Below are positions 1 through 5,657 of a stretch of 32,509 nucleotides of DNA, one piece after another. Position numbers and translations under genes: made by a program. Each line of letters starts with the position of its first letter. Position 1 is the first letter of the stretch. Under the pieces are notes generated by a model. The model saw nothing but the letters and a program-made list of their open reading frames with translations. It was not told the DNA's origin and ran no database searches. Source of the stretch: Patescibacteria group bacterium UBA2591 (GTDB taxonomy: Bacteria; Patescibacteriota; Patescibacteriia; UBA2591). The DNA lies in NCBI GenBank assembly GCA_002339755.1, contig DDKT01000055.1, positions 1 through 32,509 of the forward strand. The letters are read 5' to 3'.

Positions 1-27
1 TCATATCATATGGACCAGTACAAGCCC

Positions 28-56
28 TTGACAAATTTTTTAAGATGTGTTATAAT
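28..56 (+). promoter_or_regulatory. sigma70-type consensus promoter (TTGACA-17-TATAAT, TG-extended -10)
   Basis: TTGACA at 28-33, 17-nt spacer, TATAAT at 51-56, TG at 48-49. Both hexamers match consensus perfectly. Predicted start is near 63. Confidence 0.55.
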
Positions 57-147
57 AAACCTGGGTTGAATGAAATGTTCGGCCCAACAAGTCAACAAAA
101 AATAAAATAAATAAATAGGCTCTTTAAAAAGGGCCAAGGAAAGAAAC

Positions 148-233
148 CAGACGACCCCTCAACGGGGGTCGTTTTTTAACGGGAAAATGGCTCCTCTAGG
201 GGTCGTCTGAAAAGATAGTTCTTTGAAAAATAA
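148..233 (+). repeat. structured module copy 1 (divergent): 11-bp helix plus conserved tail AGTTCTTTGAAAAATAA
   Basis: CAGACGACCCC (148-158) pairs with GGGGTCGTCTG (199-209). Tail AGTTCTTTGAAAAATAA at 217-233 is identical to the tails at 869-885, 1220-1236 and 3198-3214. Confidence 0.5.
152..177 (+). terminator. intrinsic terminator-like hairpin inside module copy 1
   Basis: CGACCCC (152-158) / GGGGTCG (165-171), 6-nt loop, then TTTTTT at 172-177. Confidence 0.5.
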
Positions 234-362
234 ATAAAACTTAAGGTCATGGTGACTACTTTATTTACTAATTTTTTAGCAGGTAGAGTGGTCATCATGA
301 CCGAGGTGACGACGGCCTCAAAAATTTTCGGTCGAGCCATAAAAAAAGAGGAGGTGATTTTT

Positions 363-542
363 ATGTTAACGGAGAGTGGTCAACTCCAAGTGATAATTGG
401 AGTTCTAGCCCTTGCCACAGCAACCCCAGTTGTTCTGAAAAATATCTTTAAAATTAAAAATGGTCTCCTAAGATGGTCATTAATGCTTTTCATCTGGGGC
501 TTGCTTTATTTCTTTGGCAAAGAATACTGTGGAGTATTTTAG
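363..542 (+). CDS. small hydrophobic protein (59 aa, two predicted TM segments), unknown function
   Basis: Internal ATG of ORF 249..542 is preceded by AAAGAGGAGGTGAT 5 nt upstream. The product MLTESGQLQVIIGVLALATATPVV...WSLMLFIWGLLYFF has two hydrophobic stretches. No family recognised. Confidence 0.35.
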   Translation: MLTESGQLQVIIGVLALATATPVVLKNIFKIKNGLLRWSLMLFIWGLLYFFGKEYCGVF

Positions 543-798
543 CCAAAGAGTTTTTAAGAACCCGCCTTCGTGGAGAGAATCGAAGGGGTAAGAGAAATAA
601 GGTTTTTCATCAGTTATAGGTTCAACCTAATGAACCTGCAAAGATGAAAAACACGAATAATCTTAACCAAGTGGTGATGTTGTGAAAAAAAATCTCACGA
701 CTAACCCTGGTGTTCCAACCAAAGCGGGGACCTTGAGGAAAAAAGGGAAAGATGGCTATCCCTATAACTCAAGAGCGACCGTAGGAACATTTAAAAAA

Positions 799-885
799 GG
801 GAAGACAAAATCTTCCCTCCCCATCCCAGCTTAGCAAGCCCTGGTAGGTTGGGATGGGGGGATTAAATAGTTCTTTGAAAAATAA
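799..885 (+). repeat. structured module copy 2 (hairpin 1, hairpin 2, conserved tail)
   Basis: GGGAAGA (799-805) / TCTTCCC (811-817). CCCCATCCCA (819-828) / TGGGATGGGG (850-859). Tail ATTAAATAGTTCTTTGAAAAATAA at 862-885. Confidence 0.6.
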
Positions 886-1134
886 GTAAAAGATAAAGTA
901 AAAAAAGTACTTACTTTGTCACTACTTAGAAAATAAAGTTCTCAGATTGGGATAGCTGTTCGACTACCAAGGAAGGTGGTCCTTCCTCTACGCTATTCTC
1001 CTTGGTTATAGCTTAGACAATTTGTTTTGCAACATTAGCGCTATACTGAGGATTCAAGATCCAACCAAAGTTGCAATCTTGAGTGAATGGTTCAGAGAGA
1101 GGATGAGCTATCTCACTGAGAATTTAAAACCAAA

Positions 1135-1236
1135 GAGGAAAATCAGAAGAGATTCACTGGTTTTCCTCTCCCCACCCTAGTCTGTCAAGCCCTGGTAGGT
1201 TGGGATGGGGGGATTAAATAGTTCTTTGAAAAATAA
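1135..1236 (+). repeat. structured module copy 3
   Basis: GAGGAAAA (1135-1142) / TTTTCCTC (1161-1168). CCCCACCCTA (1170-1179) / TGGGATGGGG (1201-1210) with one mismatch. Tail ATTAAATAGTTCTTTGAAAAATAA at 1213-1236. Confidence 0.6.
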
Positions 1237-1373
1237 AATCCTGCTGGGTTTCGGCGTAGAGTTTCTAAAGAAATTTGGGAATTGTACGCCGAAACTCGGC
1301 TCCTGCAGAGGTGGTCTCCGCAGAAAACTACCCATAAGTCCTCTCTGAAACGAAAGGGAGGCAAGGAGGAAAA

Positions 1374-3038
1374 ATGTTTGAGAAGGGAACTTATGAAGAA
1401 TCTGGCCCTTTTGCGATTTTTATCTACACCAAGAATGGCAATTATGTTAAAAAGAAAATCTACTACACTTCGCTTTCTGATGTAAATGAAGACATCTCCC
1501 GAATAGAAGAAAACGAAATAGGGGATTGGGGAATGATCGAAGTGCGTAAATGTTCGCAACATAAACATTCGTCACAAATTCGCAATTACTATTGCAACTG
1601 GAAAGTGCTCCATACCTACGCTCCCTCGTGGGTTAAGCCATGTTCTCGTTGTGGACGACTCGCGAAAAATTATCTTTATCACCCCGATTGTTATCCACTA
1701 ACTGAAAGAGAAAGTTGGGTTTGCGATGCTGAATATCTTCCTTCAGCGGACTCTCCCCCAATTCCCAGAAAACTTGAGGACCTGAAAACCGACATCCAGA
1801 TCGCACAGGAGATTGGGAAAAAAATTGCTGAGCGTAAACCTGAGATTATTAATGTAACAAGAGATTTTCGAGTTCGGCTAGCCTTGGATCTGAAGGAGAT
1901 TACTGAAAATGCCTGTTGGCTATTCGAAGCAGAAGTGAAGAAAAAAGAGATAAGAGGAGTATCTATCTATCTAGCCGAGAGAGAGAAAGGGTCTTTCGAA
2001 AAGAAATTTTTGGTAGGTGAAAGAGAATGGACGGAGATAGAGAAGTTAAAGACAAAAGAAGATTTAGAGAATTTAAAGAACAATCTAAAAAAAGAAATAG
2101 AAAAACTTGTTCCTCTCCAAGTTTTCTTTTTACCTCTCGAAATTTCATTAATCGAGAGAATCCTTTCTGATAATTCAGTGAAGATTCTTTTTGTCTTCGG
2201 TCATCGCTGGGCTAACAAGGAAATAATAGTTTTCGAAAAAAATCAACAATTATTGGAGTTCTCCTATTCCCTAGAACAAGATGAAGGCGGAAAAAAGAAG
2301 AAAAAATTTTCTCACCTAGAAGCAATTAATGCTCCTTTGTCGAATATCTGTTATTACGAAGAGAGATACGGAATTCGAATAAAAACAAAGATTACCAATA
2401 AAGAATTCATTCAGTATCTTCGAAGCGAAGAATATCTCTCTTCTGGGAAGAAATTCTCTGAACACTTTGAATGGCGCAACTATCATTTCGCAGAATTTGA
2501 AGATGTCACTTTAGAAGTTCTTGAGAGACAAACAAAAGAGACAATTGAAAAAGTTACAGAAAAAATTGACAAATACAAACAGAAAAGGAGTTGGTTTAAC
2601 CATAGCTTTCAATTTGGTATCAACGATAGGGATAGAGGAGAGCGAATTAGAAAAGAAGCGGTGAGAAAACTCATTGAAGTCATCCGAGAGAAAAGGCCCG
2701 ATTGGATTCGATATAGTCCTAATGCTTATGAGCTTCATGGGTCTTTCTTTGTGGATGACGGATCTACGATGGGGGTTCTTCATCCGAACACGCCTGTGGA
2801 GGTCAAGACTGCCCTTACCGTGCTTGATAAAGATGAAATTCTGCTTTGGCTAACGGCACTTCTTGAAGGGAAGGTCTCGCTTTCTGGAGAAACAGTAGGA
2901 CAGTCGTCTTCTAATACCTGTCCTAAGTGTGGAAGTTTCGCCACATCTTTTGCGACTAGGCAAAAGATTTTTTATCGTTGTTCATTTTGCGGTTTCTCTA
3001 CACAGGAAGAAAATCTTGCTTCTTTTCCAACCGATTAA
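1374..3038 (+). CDS. Cys-rich hypothetical protein (554 aa) with C-terminal CxxC...CxxC zinc ribbon; possible very divergent TnpB/Cas12-like C-terminus
   Basis: Long ORF with AAGGAGGA 5 nt upstream of the ATG. N-terminal Cys cluster (CSRCG...HPDC), K/E-rich central coiled-coil-like region. C-terminus is SSSNTCPKCGS...FYRCSFCGFSTQEENLASF. No family identified with certainty. Confidence 0.75.
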   Translation: MFEKGTYEESGPFAIFIYTKNGNYVKKKIYYTSLSDVNEDISRIEENEIGDWGMIEVRKCSQHKHSSQIRNYYCNWKVLHTYAPSWVKPCSRCGRLAKNYLYHPDCYPLTERESWVCDAEYLPSADSPPIPRKLEDLKTDIQIAQEIGKKIAERKPEIINVTRDFRVRLALDLKEITENACWLFEAEVKKKEIRGVSIYLAEREKGSFEKKFLVGEREWTEIEKLKTKEDLENLKNNLKKEIEKLVPLQVFFLPLEISLIERILSDNSVKILFVFGHRWANKEIIVFEKNQQLLEFSYSLEQDEGGKKKKKFSHLEAINAPLSNICYYEERYGIRIKTKITNKEFIQYLRSEEYLSSGKKFSEHFEWRNYHFAEFEDVTLEVLERQTKETIEKVTEKIDKYKQKRSWFNHSFQFGINDRDRGERIRKEAVRKLIEVIREKRPDWIRYSPNAYELHGSFFVDDGSTMGVLHPNTPVEVKTALTVLDKDEILLWLTALLEGKVSLSGETVGQSSSNTCPKCGSFATSFATRQKIFYRCSFCGFSTQEENLASFPTD

Positions 3039-3117
3039 TTTCTTTCCTACCTAAAAGACTAAAAGATTAACGGAGAAAAGCTTTTTGAGAGAATCTTTGC
3101 AAGGATTTTGAGAAAAA

Positions 3118-3214
3118 GGGGAAGATATAAACAAAAAGTCTTCCCCTTCTATCCTAGTCTAACAAGTTTTGGTAGATTAAGATAGAAGAGATTAAAAAGT
3201 TCTTTGAAAAATAA
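3118..3214 (+). repeat. structured module copy 4, 80 nt downstream of the 554-aa ORF
   Basis: GGGGAAGA (3118-3125) / TCTTCCCC (3139-3146). CTTCTATC (3146-3153) / GATAGAAG (3181-3188). Tail ATTAAAAAGTTCTTTGAAAAATAA at 3191-3214. Confidence 0.6.
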
Positions 3215-3447
3215 AAAAGGAAATAATCCATCTCGAGTTTTAAAACAGAGGTGGTTGATATAGAGTGAATTTCTAGATAATCCGATTTCTAAAAAGAATT
3301 CGGTTGAAATAAAAACCTTAAAAAAAGAGATTGTTTACAAAACACGTACCCAAGGGCTGAATTCTTAAAATCTTTTCTTCTGAAAGAAAGGGCGGAATGA
3401 AAAAGAGGAAAAGAAAGAGGCCTTGGATGAAAAAAGGAGGTGAGCTT

Positions 3448-3783
3448 ATGGTAGAAGTATTTACTGATGAGGTAAGCTATAGAAACTCCCTTGAGAGAGC
3501 TATCAAGAGAGTCTGCGGGGAAATGGATGCATATGTTGTCTATGTTGACCTAATAATAAGCCCCTCAGATAACCGAATGGATCATAGGGGACTGGATTTA
3601 GCTCTTGCTCTTCTCGACCCTGCAAAGAAACCCATCATCCTTTACGGGCTTGACGATGAGAGTTATCTATCTTCTGACCCTCGTTTCATCAGCCTAATGG
3701 AAAAGCAAAGAGTGGGTTACATTACAGCTTCTTTCGAGCTCAAGGAATTAAAAGTCCTCTATGAGAAGTTATTGAAAGAATAG
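3448..3783 (+). CDS. stand-alone receiver-like (CheY-fold) domain protein, degenerate
   Basis: Start is placed at the internal ATG preceded by AAAGGAGGTGA (ORF track start 3397). Pattern VEVFTDE ... VVYVDLIISP..MDHRGLDLALAL ... PIILYG ... GYITASF mimics REC beta1/beta3/beta4/beta5. The usual Thr/Ser and Lys positions are not conserved. Confidence 0.5.
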   Translation: MVEVFTDEVSYRNSLERAIKRVCGEMDAYVVYVDLIISPSDNRMDHRGLDLALALLDPAKKPIILYGLDDESYLSSDPRFISLMEKQRVGYITASFELKELKVLYEKLLKE

Positions 3784-3947
3784 ATAGCTCGTTGGCAGAG
3801 AACTGCTTCGGCCCGCATCAGGCCGAGACTCTTAGAGTCAAAAGTCGACCAGGAGAAAGACTATGATGTCCTGCCGTCACCTTATTTTCTCCTATTCCAA
3901 GAAAAAAGTCTAGGAGAAAACCCTTTCTCTGCCAAAAGGGTGACAAA
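3772..3947. repeat. left arm of ~176-bp inverted repeat
   Basis: The reverse complement of 4248-4423 aligns over the whole length. By hand alignment there are 11 substitutions, all transitions, plus two small indels. The arm begins in the last three codons of the receiver-like ORF. Confidence 0.9.
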
Positions 3948-3962
3948 ATAAAGAGAGTACAA

Positions 3963-3996
3963 AGAGGGAAAGCCAAAGCTTTCCCTCTCTTTCTTT
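3963..3996 (+). terminator. intrinsic terminator-like hairpin in the spacer between the inverted repeats
   Basis: AGAGGGAAAGC (3963-3973) / GCTTTCCCTCT (3978-3988), 4-nt loop, then CTTTCTTT. Confidence 0.4.
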
Positions 3997-4247
3997 AAAA
4001 GAGAATTAATAAAAACTTAGTGGCTATTATAAAAAAGAAGAGTTTTTTGTAAAAAACATATAGAAAATAAGAAAAATTAGTAATATCTAAAAAATAGTAA
4101 AACCTGCCAAAATCGATAGAACAAAAACTTGTTCAAATCAAAATATAACTGATACTTAATTAAAAAAGACTCTAAACTAAATTTGTTCTCTGAGTTAAAT
4201 AATCCCAAAATAGAAGAGCCTGAGGAATCCCCAGACATAATCATTAG

Positions 4248-4423
4248 CTTTGTCACCTTTTTGGGCAGGGAAAGGGCTTTTTCCTGGACTTTTCTTGGAA
4301 TAGGAGAAAATAAGGTGACAGCAGGACATCATAGTTTTTTTCCTAGTCGACTTTTGACTCTAAGAATCTCGGCCTGATGCGGGCCGAAGCAGTTCTCTGC
4401 CAACGAGCTATCTGTTCTTTCAA
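4248..4423. repeat. right arm of ~176-bp inverted repeat
   Basis: See left arm. The 300-bp AT-rich spacer lies at 3948-4247. Confidence 0.9.
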
Positions 4424-4880
4424 CCCAAATTTGACACTTTTCTGGTAATTTTGGAGAATTTGGAGTAAATGTAAGCAGAGGGGTTAATTAAAATAAAATT
4501 AAAAAAATTGAAAAATCAAACAAAATTAGGATTAAGGTTGAGCACTCTATCTTAAAATGCAAAAGATTCAAGATTTTAAAACAAATTTATTGTCATTCTT
4601 TGAAAAGGCTATTATCAGAGATTTCAAATTATTGGATTAGTGAATTTTAAAATCAAAGAAAGTATTAAACAACTCGAACAATCATTTTTAATAACTCAGA
4701 TTAAACGATCTATTCTGGTAACAATCTAAAGATTCTGGGGCAAGAGGACTTTTTAGCCCCTGATAAAACTATTAAACAACATTTTTAGTAAATGAGATTG
4801 AGGTTAATTAATAAAGATATACTAAATTTCGACCCTTTTTTTCATTTTACCAAATATTTGCTTCACTTACTTTTTAAATC

Positions 4881-5136
4881 CTGGAGAAGATGAGATACAT
4901 AGGTAACACCCCTAAATGGCCAAAACTAAATCAATTTGAGAAGACTATGTTGATTAAATTCCTTTTAATTAGCAATGAAAACCTATGGTCAATAGTCAAA
5001 AAAGCCTTAAAATGAATGAAAATAGCCAAAATGGTGATTTCTCATCCTTAAAAGAGATTGAATCTATTTTGAGTCATGTCTTGCCAAGGAAAGCAGCCTC
5101 TGAAATAATAAAAGTGTTACCCATGTCCTCATCCAG
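4881..5136. mobile_element. MITE-like 256-bp element with imperfect terminal inverted repeats
   Basis: Left end is CTGGAGAAGATGAGATACATAGGTAACAC (4881-4909). Right end is GTGTTACCCATGTCCTCATCCAG (5114-5136), its imperfect reverse complement. The first 168 bp recur at 32342-32509 with one mismatch. Confidence 0.45.
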
Positions 5137-5145
5137 TACATGATC

Positions 5146-5173
5146 TTGACTTTTTTTTATTTTAGGGTAAAAT
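5146..5173 (+). promoter_or_regulatory. promoter of RNase P RNA (TTGACT-16-TAAAAT)
   Basis: TTGACT at 5146-5151 and TAAAAT at 5168-5173. The predicted start, ~7 nt downstream, coincides with the P1 5' strand at 5181. Confidence 0.55.
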
Positions 5174-5180
5174 AGAAAGT

Positions 5181-5634
5181 GTCTGAGTAGATCGGGTAAT
5201 CGCCTTTTATTTTTAGACCAAATTTTTAGGCCAAAATAGCCAAATAACTAAAAATAAAAGGAGGAAAGTCCGAACACCATTTTATGAATAGTCGCTAACA
5301 GCGACCGGGAGCAGTTCTGGAAACTATTTTTAAACTATAAATTGTTTTTAAAATAGGATCAGAGCGAAACCTAGGGAAAGTGCCACAGAGACCATACTAA
5401 CTTATAGTTCTATAAAGTAAAAGGTGAAAAGTGAAAGGGTGTTCTTTTTTGGAAAATTTTAAAAGAGCTACTTTTCTCTCTGATAAGGTGACTTATCAGA
5501 GTGGTAAACCCTATTCGGTGAAAGGCCAAATTTTGGTGGGCCGTTTGAGCTTGATAGCAATATCAAGCCTAGATAGATGATTACCTAGGGTAGAAAATAC
5601 CTGAACAGAATTCGGCTTATAGATCTGCTTAGAC
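5181..5634 (+). ncRNA. rnpB: RNase P RNA, bacterial type A
   Basis: GGAGGAAAGTCCGAACAC (P4 5' strand) at ~5261-5278, AGGGAAAGTGCCACAGAGA, GGTGAAAGGGTG-like GTGAAAAGTGAAAGGGTG, GGTAAACCC, GGCCAAAT, and ACAGAATTCGGCTTAT near the 3' end. P1 is GTCTGAGTAGATC (5181-5193) / GATCTGCTTAGAC (5622-5634). P2 is GGTAATC / GATTACC. Confidence 0.9.
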
Positions 5635-5657
5635 AACTCAATATCATCATCAAAATT

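Noticed and set aside
249-362. Upstream 38 codons of ORF 249..542
   Set aside because: There is no SD at 249, whereas a near-perfect SD precedes the in-frame ATG at 363. The shorter 59-aa product was preferred, but it remains low confidence.
1185-1568. 127-aa minus-strand ORF and the 67-aa plus-strand ORF 1282..1485
   Set aside because: They overlap module copy 3, the leader and the start of the well-supported 554-aa ORF. They have no SD and improbable sequence.
148-3214. Whether the repeated hairpin modules are a CRISPR array
   Set aside because: The units are ~90-100 nt with two hairpins. They are separated by 0.3-2 kb of unequal length, including a 1.7-kb ORF. There is no regular repeat-spacer periodicity and no cas gene.
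4183-4377. 64-aa ORF on the plus strand
   Set aside because: It lies almost entirely within the right inverted-repeat arm, which mirrors non-coding sequence of the left arm. It has no SD and a low-complexity product, so it is likely spurious.
3772-4423. Inverted repeat pair as a diversity-generating retroelement template/variable region pair
   Set aside because: There is no reverse transcriptase nearby. Except for its first 12 nt (last three codons plus stop), the left arm lies downstream of the receiver-like ORF, not in its variable-coding part. The differences are transitions in both directions rather than adenine-specific.
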